From NCBI GenBank assembly GCA_009694725.1, contig SICV01000002.1:26966-90965 (forward strand): 64,000 bases of DNA, given 5' to 3'. Source of the DNA: Candidatus Pacearchaeota archaeon. GTDB lineage: Archaea > Nanobdellota > Nanobdellia > Pacearchaeales > GW2011-AR1. Numbering within the stretch: position 1 is the first letter of the stretch; each line of letters opens with the position of its first letter. The position numbers and the translations under genes were made by a program. This document shows positions 52,846 to 61,688 of this stretch, one piece after another. The notes beneath the pieces are model-generated. The model worked only from the letters and a program-made list of their open reading frames with translations. It had not been told where the DNA came from and did not search any database.

Positions 52846-52917
52846 TCTTTAGCTCATGGTTTCTTATTTAAGTAGTTTTAGAAACGTTTATAGAGCTTCT
52901 CCTTGTCTTTTGTCTAT

Positions 52918-53008
52918 GCCCTCGTAGCTCAGCTTGGATAGAGCAGCGGACTTCTATTACCTCATAGGGGGAATCCGCAGGTCGCAGGTTCAAATCCTGT
53001 CGGGGGCG
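52918..53008 (+). tRNA. tRNA-Arg (anticodon TCT) with 16-nt intron at 37/38
   Basis: Acceptor GCCCTCG/CGGGGGC, D arm GCTC..GAGC, anticodon stem GCGGA/TCCGC with loop CTTCTA[TTACCTCATAGGGGGA]A, T arm GCAGG-TTCAAAT-CCTGT. TATA CGTTTATAGAG lies 25 nt upstream. Confidence 0.85.
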
Positions 53009-53071
53009 TGTAGGATTTGAACATCCAGAGAATGTTCTATTCTCTGTCCCTTCGGTTAGTAAACCTTCAGG

Positions 53072-53099
53072 AATCCTGTCGGGGGCGTGTAGGATTTGA
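53072..53099 (+). repeat. 28-bp duplicate of the tRNA-Arg(TCT) 3' end plus trailer
   Basis: AATCCTGTCGGGGGCGTGTAGGATTTGA is identical to 52993..53020. The 51-nt spacer contains the hairpin CAGAGAAT-GTTCT-ATTCTCTG. Confidence 0.85.
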
Positions 53100-53271
53100 T
53101 TACCCATTTTTTATAAAGTCTCTTTTTAGTATATCCTTATGAGGGTGCTTTCTCTTGCTTGATTATTTCTCGGGTGTTCTTTAGTTGGGGTGTGATGTTT
53201 TTCCTCTCCGTGTTTCTTCAGGCGTTGCTCCACGAGTGAGTGATGTTTCTATTGCACAGGAATGAGGACAT

Positions 53272-53532
53272 ATGGGAATTGCCCATGTCTGGTCTGATCC
53301 TGCAGGGTATGGTCGAGTAGGGAGTTATACGCTTGTTGATTGGAGTGATGATCATGTGATTGATGAAGTATGGAAAGGGACGGGTGCCTCACGTAAGGTT
53401 TTTGCGCCTTCTGCTCCTGAATTTAAGGAAGTTGCACCTTATTTTGAGAGTATTCTTGCTCGAGCACCTCGCGATCGGGAGTATTGGCCAGAAGATGCGC
53501 CTTCTCGCGGATATATGGAGTTTCTTGCTTGA
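53272..53532 (+). CDS. hypothetical protein
   Basis: 86-aa ORF preceded by AGGAATGAGGA. Confidence 0.45.
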   Translation: MGIAHVWSDPAGYGRVGSYTLVDWSDDHVIDEVWKGTGASRKVFAPSAPEFKEVAPYFESILARAPRDREYWPEDAPSRGYMEFLA

Positions 53533-53560
53533 CAAAACGTATTAAAATAGGCTTGCTTCT

Positions 53561-53998
53561 CTATTCTTCAGCGTAGTTCGTATGTTCTATTTTGTAGGTT
53601 CCCGTTATGAGATCAAGGTAGAGTGTAGTGAGACCATCATCCGTGCCCCAGTCTATATGTGTTGCTTTTTGAGGAAGCTTTTTTTTGAGTATTTTTCCAA
53701 GATAGCTTCTACTTTTTTTTGTTGCTTGATCAATGGTTTGATCTTGGAGTTTGGGATCATATGAACCTCCAGTTACGATTGCTTGTAGTTGTTTTCTTGT
53801 TCCGTATGTTTGGGCTGTGGTAAGCATTGCTTCAAGTGCTTCATGTTCGATCATAGGGGTATGGATGAGCCACCCTATTTTCAGGTGAGGGAAGTAAAGG
53901 CCAAGACCAATACAGTTTGCAAGACCTCGTGTCCAGAGCATGCACTCGTTTCCTTGGACCCACCCTTCACATTGTTCTACTTCTCGTTCTTTTCCCAT
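53561..53998 (-). CDS. hypothetical protein, weak CheD-like pattern
   Basis: TRGLANCIGLGLYFPHLKIGWLIHTP resembles the T.LGSCV..LyD...G..H segment of CheD. No chemotaxis genes are nearby. Confidence 0.4.
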   Translation of the reverse strand: MGKEREVEQCEGWVQGNECMLWTRGLANCIGLGLYFPHLKIGWLIHTPMIEHEALEAMLTTAQTYGTRKQLQAIVTGGSYDPKLQDQTIDQATKKSRSYLGKILKKKLPQKATHIDWGTDDGLTTLYLDLITGTYKIEHTNYAEE

Positions 53999-54095
53999 CT
54001 TTTTATCTTTCGAGGTCAGTATAAAAGGGTATCCCTTTTCTTGGAAAGAGAGATTATAGCTATGTTTAAAAGTCTCTTTCTGTGGTGAGCATGGT

Positions 54096-54168
54096 GCGCA
54101 CGTGGCACAGCGGTTACTGCGGTCGCCTGCAGAGCGACTTTTCCCCGGTTCAAATCCGGGCGTGCGCT
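54096..54168 (+). tRNA. tRNA-Cys (anticodon GCA)
   Basis: Acceptor GCGCACG/CGTGCGC, anticodon arm GTCGC-CTGCAGA-GCGAC, T arm CCCGG-TTCAAAT-CCGGG. TATA TGTTTAAAAG lies 30 nt upstream. Confidence 0.9.
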
Positions 54169-54176
54169 TTCTCTTC

Positions 54177-54917
54177 TTAGGTTTTTTGTATCTTGGTAAT
54201 GTCTAAAAGGTGTTTTGTTTTTTTGTTTCCTGCTTGTATCAGCGTTTGTTTTTTATGCAACATATGTAGGGGTTTTATGACTCGTATTGTATTGCCCAGG
54301 GATAGTTGCATAGAGGTGGTAATCATTGTTTCTTTTGGAAAGAGGAGCGCATCCTCTAATGAATAATATCCTTCTTCTCTTCTTTCATACATATGAATGT
54401 GTAAATGATTAACAGGGCTATTGCCCACCATTATTTGATCGTCTCTGATTTGGAGAAGTATTGGATTTCTGTTAGGACGAAGATCGTATACTAATTGATG
54501 CGGGTTAATTGGTTCAAGTAATTCTTGTTTTGTATCTGATCCGGGAAGTAATTTCCAACTTGCTTTACGTTCAAACCAATAATATCCTCTTTTTTCTGCT
54601 TGTTCAGTCATTTTATTGATGAGTGAAGGATTGCGCATTACCCCAATGTCGAGGTTTGTATGTGTTCGATCATACCCGCATTGTAAGGATATGCTTGGGG
54701 CACCTGAAAACCACCAACCGTTTAACTCTTTCCACCAGGAAGCGATTTCACTCATTTGTTCTTCTAACATGCGCAGATTTTGTTGTGGAGGATGTTTGTA
54801 TCCTTTTTCTTCTGCGAGATAATAGTTTTGTATTGGCCTTCGTTTTCCCGTTACTACATCTAATTGCCATTTCACTCGCTTATGGGCAAGTCCCCAAAGA
54901 ATTGAATCTTCAGTCAT
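54177..54917 (-). CDS. hypothetical protein, possible nucleotidyltransferase fold
   Basis: 246 aa. SGAPSISLQCGYDRTHTNLDIGV resembles a GS..D.D NTase motif. Confidence 0.45.
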   Translation of the reverse strand: MTEDSILWGLAHKRVKWQLDVVTGKRRPIQNYYLAEEKGYKHPPQQNLRMLEEQMSEIASWWKELNGWWFSGAPSISLQCGYDRTHTNLDIGVMRNPSLINKMTEQAEKRGYYWFERKASWKLLPGSDTKQELLEPINPHQLVYDLRPNRNPILLQIRDDQIMVGNSPVNHLHIHMYERREEGYYSLEDALLFPKETMITTSMQLSLGNTIRVIKPLHMLHKKQTLIQAGNKKTKHLLDITKIQKT

Positions 54918-55004
54918 CTCTTTTTTGAAGAGGTTCGGTTCTTAAGCTTTTTTGTGGTAGAGTAGGGTTTAAAAGGAGAATTTCCTCAAGAGATATGGGA
55001 GGAA

Positions 55005-55157
55005 ATGATGGCAACACAAGGATATTGCGTAAAGTGTAAGAAGAAAGTTGACATACAAGGAGCAAAAGAGTCGCTTACTTCAAAAGGCACAAAAATCGCA
55101 AAAGGTTCATGTCCAAACTGCAAGACTACGGTCTGTAGAATGGGCGGTTTGAAATAA
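55005..55157 (+). CDS. DUF5679-like small zinc-ribbon protein
   Basis: 50-aa ORF below the track cutoff: MMATQGYCVKCKKKVDIQGAKESLTSKGTKIAKGSCPNCKTTVCRMGGLK. TATA GGTTTAAAAGG lies 27 nt upstream. Confidence 0.7.
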   Translation: MMATQGYCVKCKKKVDIQGAKESLTSKGTKIAKGSCPNCKTTVCRMGGLK

Positions 55158-55212
55158 GTATTTTATTTCTCATCCGTATCTTTTATATACCCTGAGCGTA
55201 GCCTAGCTTGGT

Positions 55213-56682
55213 ATGGTTAGTTCTGCTTTGACGATTGATGAACTTGCACAGTTTTGCAAGCGTAAAGGGTTTATCTTTCGTTCGAGTGATATCTATGGGG
55301 GATTTTCTGGTTTTTGGGATTATGGGCCACTCGGGGTTGAATTGTTTCAGAAGGTCAAACAGGACTTCTGGCGATGGTTTGTAGCTCGGGATGATATGGC
55401 CGGTATTGAAGCGAGCGTGATTAGTCATCCGATGACCTGGCAGGCTTCAGGACATATTGCTTCATTTTCTGATGTTGCTGTTGTGTGTACAAAGTGTAAG
55501 CAAGCAACAAAATTGGACAAGAGTGAAGTGGGCAAAGTGACGTGTGCGTGTGGGGGAGCGTACGACGTGCAGGGCGAGTTTAGTTTAATGTTTAAAACAC
55601 ATGTGGGCGCGTTGAAGCCGACGGAAGCGTATTTGCGAGGGGAGACTGCTCAGGCCATGTTTATGGATTTCAAATTGGTGCAAGAAACTGCTCGTAAACA
55701 GTTGCCGTTTGGGATTGCTCAAGTCGGGCGCTGTTTCCGAAATGAAATTGCCCCTCGTGATTTTATCTTCAGATGCCGAGAATTTACGATTGGAGAATTT
55801 GAGTTCTTTATTCATCCCGATGAAAAGATGTGTGCATTGTTGGACAAGGCACATACGAAGGTGAAGGTACGTTTGTTGGATGCGGAGACTCAGGTGAAAG
55901 GAAAAGAAACGTTGAGTGAGACGACGATTGGAGAGATGGTGAAAGAAGGGCGATTAGATGAGTGGCATGCGTATTGGTTAGCGGAACAATTATTGTGGTT
56001 TGATTCTCTTGGACTTGCTGATAAGATTAAGATTCGAGAACATATGAAAACTGAATTGAGTCATTATTCGTCTGCTACCTTTGATTTAGACTTTGAATAT
56101 CCGTTCGGAAGTAAAGAAGTTGGAGGGAATGCGAACCGGGGACAATATGATTTGGGGCAGCATGCACAATTCTCGAAACAGAAGTTGGAATTGTTTGATG
56201 AAAAGACAAAGCAAAAAGTAGTTCCTCGTGTGATTGAACCTACCTTTGGGATAGATCGTATCGTGATGGCATTATTATGTAACGCGTACGATCATGATAC
56301 CGCACGGGATAATGTTATCTTACATTTACCTGCTCGGCTTGCTCCTGCTCAAGTTGCAGTTTTTCCTTTAACTGGAAAAGGGAAGGAAGAAAGTATTGCT
56401 CGTGATCTGGTCAAAGCGTTGCGTACTGAAGGATGGGGTGTGGTGTATGATGAGAGTGGAAGTATTGGGAAACGATATGCTCGGCAAGATGAAAGTGGAA
56501 CCCCTCTCTGTATTACCATTGATCCTGAGACCGAAAAGACTTCGAAAGTGACTGTGCGAGATCGAGACAGTACGAAGCAGGTGACGATTAAGGTTGATGA
56601 AGTTGTGGATGTGGTCCGGAAGGTTATTCGGGGAGAGTCATTGGTAAAGTTAGGGAAAGCGGTTGAGACGCGTGTAAAATGA
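55213..56682 (+). CDS. glyS: glycyl-tRNA synthetase (class II, archaeal/eukaryotic type)
   Basis: KRKGFIFRSSDIYGGFSGFWDYGPLGVEL, FRNEIAPRDFIFRCREF, GIDRIV. Confidence 0.9.
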   Translation: MVSSALTIDELAQFCKRKGFIFRSSDIYGGFSGFWDYGPLGVELFQKVKQDFWRWFVARDDMAGIEASVISHPMTWQASGHIASFSDVAVVCTKCKQATKLDKSEVGKVTCACGGAYDVQGEFSLMFKTHVGALKPTEAYLRGETAQAMFMDFKLVQETARKQLPFGIAQVGRCFRNEIAPRDFIFRCREFTIGEFEFFIHPDEKMCALLDKAHTKVKVRLLDAETQVKGKETLSETTIGEMVKEGRLDEWHAYWLAEQLLWFDSLGLADKIKIREHMKTELSHYSSATFDLDFEYPFGSKEVGGNANRGQYDLGQHAQFSKQKLELFDEKTKQKVVPRVIEPTFGIDRIVMALLCNAYDHDTARDNVILHLPARLAPAQVAVFPLTGKGKEESIARDLVKALRTEGWGVVYDESGSIGKRYARQDESGTPLCITIDPETEKTSKVTVRDRDSTKQVTIKVDEVVDVVRKVIRGESLVKLGKAVETRVK

Positions 56683-56755
56683 GTTTGTTAGTTGCAGATA
56701 TTAGAATGGAGGCCCAAGCATTAGGGGTCGCTAGAGACGAACTTTTGAAATAAAT

Positions 56756-57619
56756 ATGATAACAAAAATATACAAATTCATACTACTTACACTGCTCGCG
56801 CTATTTGTCTTCGCTCCGAGTCTTGCCTCCGCACATCAACCTCGAATTACAGAGGAGAGACTTACATCAGTTACTGATCCCGAAGTTTCCAAAGCATATT
56901 ATGGCAAGCTCACTGGCGTGCAGGATGTATATACTATAGAGTCGAAGGAAGCATTTAATCTGTATGTTGGAGTCTTGGTGCCAGATATAGCAGGGCAAAA
57001 GAAAGACGTCTCGGTTGTGATAATGAAAGATGGCAAGCAAATAGTTGTGCTCGATGGCGCGACATTTACCTGGAAACAGGTTTTTGAACCATTCGGCCAT
57101 GACACCTACTGGCAAGGGCCGGAGTATAAAGCGCGTGCTGATGCAGGCATCTACGAGATCCGTGTGACAAGCCCCAAGAACGACAGCAAGTACTCGCTCG
57201 CCACTGGTGAGATAGAGAAGTTTGACGGCAAAGAAGGCATGAATGCGCTGATCCTCATCCCCCAAATAAAAAAGAACTTTTTTAACGAATCGCCAATCGG
57301 CTTTATCTTCTCTCCCTTCGGCTGGGGGCTTATTGTTATTATGTATATTCTCGCGTTCATCGCGGGCTTTATCTATCGCACAATTTTGAAAAAGTTTGCC
57401 CAAAATTCTCCCCGCGGCTTTGCCAAAAACATCGGCAAACCTGACCGTTTACTTCGCCTAGCTATCGGCGTAGCATTACTATTGTGGGCTATCACTACCA
57501 CCTGGAGCCCCATCCTCCTCTTCTTCTCCGGCTTCGCATTTTTTGAAGCGATATTTAGCTGGTGTGGCTTCTATGCCGCGATGGGTAAAAACACCTTCTT
57601 GTGGAGTAAAAATTTATGA
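56756..57619 (+). CDS. secreted domain with predicted N-terminal His, fused to a DUF2892-like membrane domain
   Basis: Signal peptide ...APSLASA|HQPRI. Beta-rich domain of about 150 aa. C-terminal LLRLAIGVALLLWAI...FFEAIFSWCGFY is YgaP/DUF2892-like. Confidence 0.6.
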   Translation: MITKIYKFILLTLLALFVFAPSLASAHQPRITEERLTSVTDPEVSKAYYGKLTGVQDVYTIESKEAFNLYVGVLVPDIAGQKKDVSVVIMKDGKQIVVLDGATFTWKQVFEPFGHDTYWQGPEYKARADAGIYEIRVTSPKNDSKYSLATGEIEKFDGKEGMNALILIPQIKKNFFNESPIGFIFSPFGWGLIVIMYILAFIAGFIYRTILKKFAQNSPRGFAKNIGKPDRLLRLAIGVALLLWAITTTWSPILLFFSGFAFFEAIFSWCGFYAAMGKNTFLWSKNL

Positions 57620-57724
57620 CCCAAGTATCTTTTGCCACTGAAGGCCGAGGTTCGCAAAAAGGAGGGAATAGTAGCTCGGGAGAAAATAAAGTCTATAATA
57701 GAAGTAAGGACTGAAGAGAAATAA

Positions 57725-57991
57725 ATGGATACTATAACCATACACACGATTGCCGTCATTGCATTTATTATCTGGAGTTTTCCTTTGGGATTGTTTCGCA
57801 GTCGATTTAGGAAGATGATATATAAAACTGATAGCTGGTGGATTAATGTAAAGCCCGTTTTTTGGGAGGAGATCAAAGTGCTTTTTGGCTTTCATCAGCG
57901 CACGGACAGGGCAGAGTTGCGGGTGATTAATTTCTATCGTTTTTATCTGATCGTATACTTCGCTATTTTAACTTTAATACTATCAACCTGA
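57725..57991 (+). CDS. small membrane protein (hypothetical)
   Basis: 88 aa with 2-3 TM segments. Confidence 0.45.
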   Translation: MDTITIHTIAVIAFIIWSFPLGLFRSRFRKMIYKTDSWWINVKPVFWEEIKVLFGFHQRTDRAELRVINFYRFYLIVYFAILTLILST

Positions 57992-57994
57992 TCA

Positions 57995-59455
57995 ATGAAT
58001 ACTATGAAAGAAGCAACATTAGTCTATCCTCATCAACTTTTTATAAAATCACCAGCTATACAAAAAGGACGGATTATTTTTTTGATTGAAGAGTCATTGA
58101 TTCTGTCGCGGAACCCGATTCATTATCAAAAGCTAATTTTTCACAAATTAAGTATGAGTGCATATGGTGAGCTTTTGAAAAAAGAGGGTTACAAAGTAAA
58201 ATGTCTGACGATTGAACAGTATCCGAAGACTGAAGATATTTTTGATTATTTAAAAAAAGAAGGAATACAAGAAATTCATATTGTCGATACTACTGACTTC
58301 TATTTGGAGCGGATTATAACCGCTTCCAAGATAAAGCGAGTTTGGTATGAGTCACCACTTTTTATTTTGCCAAAGGAGGAATCAATAGCAAGATACAAAA
58401 GCTCAAAGAAAAATATGGCGATGTTCTACAAGAAAATTCGAGAGGACTTGGGTATCATGATGGACGGATATAGAAAGCCCAGAGGGGGCGCGTGGAGCTT
58501 TGATGCAGATAATCGAAAAAAACTTGCTCGAGATACAACTCTACCCAAGGATATTGTTTTTGAAAATGATTTTGATGTATCAAAAATGAGGAAGTGGCTT
58601 GATACAGTACAAGCTGAAAAATATGGAGAGATAGCGTGCTGGCTACCATGTACACACAAGGATGCCAAAAAATTTTTGCAGGTATTTTTAGAAGATCGCT
58701 TTGTACATTTTGGTGTGTATGAGGACGCGCTTTCTACGAAAAGCGTAAGGCTCTTTCATTCTACATTGTCACCCCTCATAAATATTGGATTGCTCGAACC
58801 GAGACAGGTAATCGATATGGCAATAGTGTATGCAGATACTCACGCTATACCTATAAATTCGCTCGAAGGTTTTGTACGACAGATTATTGGGTGGCGTGAG
58901 TTTATGCGCGCTTCCTATGAGTGTGATGGTGTTGTCATGCGCACTAAGAATTTTTGGAAACATTCCCGTAGCTTGCCAATAGGATTTTGGACTGGAGATA
59001 CTGGTATTGCTCCGGTCGACAGTGCTATCAAGAAAGCTTTGCACTATGGATACAATCATCACATCGAGCGATTAATGGTTCTCGGTAACTTTATGTTGCT
59101 TTCTCAAGTTAATCCCGATTATGTGTATCGGTGGTTTATGGCAATGTACGTGGATGCGTATGATTGGGTAATGGTACCAAATGTATATGGGATGAGTCAG
59201 TTCGCTGATGGTGGTATTTTTGCCACCAAACCATATATCTCGGGTAGCAATTACATTAAAAAAATGTCAGATTATCTTGGTGGTGATTGGGAAGAAAAGT
59301 GGACTGCACTGTATTGGAATTTCATAGCTAATCACCGTGACTTTTTCACAAGTAATCATCGACTATCGATGATGCCGAGACTTTTTGATAAGATGGAAAA
59401 GAAGAAAAAAGAAAATTATTTAAAAATTGCAAAGGAGTATCTGTCTAAAAAATAA
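57995..59455 (+). CDS. cryptochrome/photolyase-related protein (COG3046-like)
   Basis: FVRQIIGWREFMRASYE, HHIERLMVLGNFMLL, PNVYGMSQFADGGIFATKPYISGSNYIKKMSDY. The Cys cluster expected in FeS-BCP members after MSDY is not present. Confidence 0.8.
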   Translation: MNTMKEATLVYPHQLFIKSPAIQKGRIIFLIEESLILSRNPIHYQKLIFHKLSMSAYGELLKKEGYKVKCLTIEQYPKTEDIFDYLKKEGIQEIHIVDTTDFYLERIITASKIKRVWYESPLFILPKEESIARYKSSKKNMAMFYKKIREDLGIMMDGYRKPRGGAWSFDADNRKKLARDTTLPKDIVFENDFDVSKMRKWLDTVQAEKYGEIACWLPCTHKDAKKFLQVFLEDRFVHFGVYEDALSTKSVRLFHSTLSPLINIGLLEPRQVIDMAIVYADTHAIPINSLEGFVRQIIGWREFMRASYECDGVVMRTKNFWKHSRSLPIGFWTGDTGIAPVDSAIKKALHYGYNHHIERLMVLGNFMLLSQVNPDYVYRWFMAMYVDAYDWVMVPNVYGMSQFADGGIFATKPYISGSNYIKKMSDYLGGDWEEKWTALYWNFIANHRDFFTSNHRLSMMPRLFDKMEKKKKENYLKIAKEYLSKK

Positions 59456-59564
59456 TTTCATATACACCGGTTACTCACAACTTATCAAAGCATGAGTGTG
59501 GGGGTGTATACCGCGAGGGGTAAAAAAACCTGCCCGGTGGAATAAAAAATGGTATACTAATTGT

Positions 59565-60056
59565 ATGGACATTATCTCTCATGGATTATATGGGGGTGTG
59601 GCATTTGGTCGCATGCGCAGGCGGGATTATGTGACTGCATTTCTCTTTGGTATAGGGCCAGACCTCTTGGCGTTCGCGCCTCTTTTTATAATAAATATAG
59701 TTTCTGGTGGCACGATGGGTCGGCCAAGCTTAGAAACGATTCCGCCGCACGTCTTCACAGTCTACGGTATCACTCATAGCTTTGTCGTTTACGCAGTATT
59801 CTTTGTATTTCTCTGGTTTCTTGGCAAGAAGCATTTTGCCAAGCTTACACTCGCGTGGCCACTTCATATTTTAGTTGATATACCTACACACGATGCTACC
59901 TTTTTCCCAACGCCTTTTTTGTGGCCGATTTCAGACTTCCACATCAATGGAATATCCTGGGGTCAACCAATCATATTTATTCCGAATGTCATCCTTATCC
60001 TTTCGCTCTATGTGTACTGGTATATGAAGCAAAGAAAAACTCGAAGCCAACGCTAA
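59565..60056 (+). CDS. membrane-bound metal-dependent hydrolase-like protein (DUF457-like)
   Basis: MDIISHGLYGG, ITHSFVVY, HILVDIPTHD. Start trimmed to the internal ATG. Confidence 0.5.
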   Translation: MDIISHGLYGGVAFGRMRRRDYVTAFLFGIGPDLLAFAPLFIINIVSGGTMGRPSLETIPPHVFTVYGITHSFVVYAVFFVFLWFLGKKHFAKLTLAWPLHILVDIPTHDATFFPTPFLWPISDFHINGISWGQPIIFIPNVILILSLYVYWYMKQRKTRSQR

Positions 60057-60089
60057 GTAAAATGAGTCCGATAATGCTAAAATAAATGT

Positions 60090-60467
60090 ATGAATACCTA
60101 CAACTGGTACTCAACTTTAATCAAACCCGCATGGGCACCATCGAGTTGGCTCTTTGGGCCGGTGTGGACTGGGTATGCTATTATCGCTGTTTCTTTTGGC
60201 ACGGTGTTTTATAAGGCATTTACCAAGCAGATTCCTTGGGTTGTCGCCTTACCTTTTGCTCTCAATCTCGTTTTCAACTTCGCTTTCACACCAATACCCT
60301 TTGGACTCAAAAATAATCTCCTCGCCTCGCTCGATATCTTGCTCGTCTTCGGCACACTCATCTGGGCACTCTACACCGTTTGGCAAGCATCGCTCGAACT
60401 CCGCTGGGTCGTCTATGCCAATATCCCGTATCTCTTGTGGGGGTATTTGCTACTTGTTTATAATTAA
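60090..60467 (+). CDS. tspO: TspO/MBR-family protein, short (lacks TM1)
   Basis: WYSTLIKPAWAPSSWLFGPVWT, NLVFNFAFTPIPFG, IPYLLW. 125 aa, against about 150-160 aa as I recall for the family. Confidence 0.7.
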   Translation: MNTYNWYSTLIKPAWAPSSWLFGPVWTGYAIIAVSFGTVFYKAFTKQIPWVVALPFALNLVFNFAFTPIPFGLKNNLLASLDILLVFGTLIWALYTVWQASLELRWVVYANIPYLLWGYLLLVYN

Positions 60468-60504
60468 CCACAGCTTTTATAAATAAAGAATATAGGACAT
60501 TTAT

Positions 60505-61083
60505 ATGTCATTAAATATCAAAATAATTTTAGCAAGCGTGAGAGAGGGCAGATTTGGCGACAAGCCCGCAGAGTGGATTACTATGATTGCCAAAGAAAAA
60601 GAAGGACTTGCTGTAGAGCTGCTGGACCTAAAAGAGTATCAACTGCCTGTTTTCGCAGAGGCAGTTTCACCACTCCAAATTAAAGGAGAGTATAGAACTC
60701 CGGAAATAAATCGCTGGGCAAAAAAAATTGCTGAGGCAGATGCTTTTATTATCGTTGCTCCCGAATATAATCACGGCTACCCATCCTCCTTAAAAAATAA
60801 TATCGATTATCTATATAAGGAATGGAGCAATAAACCAGTTTGCTTTGTCGGTTACGGTTCAACAGGCGGCGCTCGTGTGATTCAGCAATTACGCCAAGTT
60901 TTTACCGAACTACAAATGGCCCCTATTAGAAATAGTGTGCATATTATGTCTCCGTGGTCTTTGACCGAGACCGACGGCACCCTGAAAGCTGGAGTGTTCG
61001 ATGTTCATGTGAAGCCGGCTGAAAGTATGTTGATGCAACTCATATGGTGGGCCAACGCCTTAAAAAAGGCTAGAAAACAATAA
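60505..61083 (+). CDS. NAD(P)H-dependent FMN reductase family oxidoreductase
   Basis: ILASVREGRFGDKPAEWI and FIIVAPEYNHGYPSSLKNNIDYL. Confidence 0.85.
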   Translation: MSLNIKIILASVREGRFGDKPAEWITMIAKEKEGLAVELLDLKEYQLPVFAEAVSPLQIKGEYRTPEINRWAKKIAEADAFIIVAPEYNHGYPSSLKNNIDYLYKEWSNKPVCFVGYGSTGGARVIQQLRQVFTELQMAPIRNSVHIMSPWSLTETDGTLKAGVFDVHVKPAESMLMQLIWWANALKKARKQ

Positions 61084-61180
61084 GATGAATACAAAACTAT
61101 AAACTGAGGCTTTTAGTGTCTAATCAATACAAATAAAAAAAACTCTAACAAAAGTTAAAGTTTTTTATTTGTAAGGGTAT

Positions 61181-61582
61181 TTATTTTGGCATCAATACTG
61201 AGTCGATGACATGGATTATTCCGTTTGAACATTCGATGTCTGCTTTTACTACTTTGACATTATTTATCATAACCCCATTTACAGTATTGATTTTAATTTC
61301 ACCGCTTTGTACTGTCTTTGCAAAAGTTAGACCCATTATATCAGAAGCCATTACTTTTCCTGCCACCACATGGTAAGTAAGTATAGTTGTTAACTTCGCT
61401 TTATCCGCGAGTACTGCATCGAGAGTTTCTTTTGGAATTTTGGCGAAAGCCTCATCTGTCGGAGCAAATACAGTGAATGGCCCTGCCCTAGATAGAGTGT
61501 CTACTAATCCTACTGCTTGTACTGCAGTGACCAGTGTTTTAAATAATCCTGCTGCGACAGCTGTTTCTACTATATTTTTCAT
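61181..61582 (-). CDS. fasciclin (FAS1) domain protein
   Basis: [23 protein letters not shown] and [13 protein letters not shown]. Confidence 0.9.
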   Translation of the reverse strand: MKNIVETAVAAGLFKTLVTAVQAVGLVDTLSRAGPFTVFAPTDEAFAKIPKETLDAVLADKAKLTTILTYHVVAGKVMASDIMGLTFAKTVQSGEIKINTVNGVMINNVKVVKADIECSNGIIHVIDSVLMPK

Positions 61583-61688
61583 ATATTTATATTAATTATT
61601 GTTAATGCATATACAAACGAGTATTGCATAGTTAGTATAATGGGAGATATTATATACTGATAGAGACCAATTATCTGTGCATAAACCT

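Noticed and set aside
52868-53107. 79-aa minus-strand ORF
   Set aside because: It lies entirely antisense to tRNA-Arg(TCT) and its duplicated 3' end, so it is an artefact.
59545-59560. Bacterial-style extended -10 (TGGTATACT) upstream of 59565 as proof of bacterial origin of the right-hand block
   Set aside because: This is a single AT-rich hexamer in AT-rich DNA. Archaeal-style TATA boxes at -25 are equally visible upstream of several genes in the block, so promoter style does not discriminate origin.
60154-60486. Second-frame ORF overlapping tspO, suggesting a frameshifted pseudogene
   Set aside because: The main frame retains recognisable TspO motifs through to IPYLLW. The alternative frame is Ser/Cys-rich nonsense. 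The gene is short at the N-terminus, but I cannot show a frameshift from the sequence alone.
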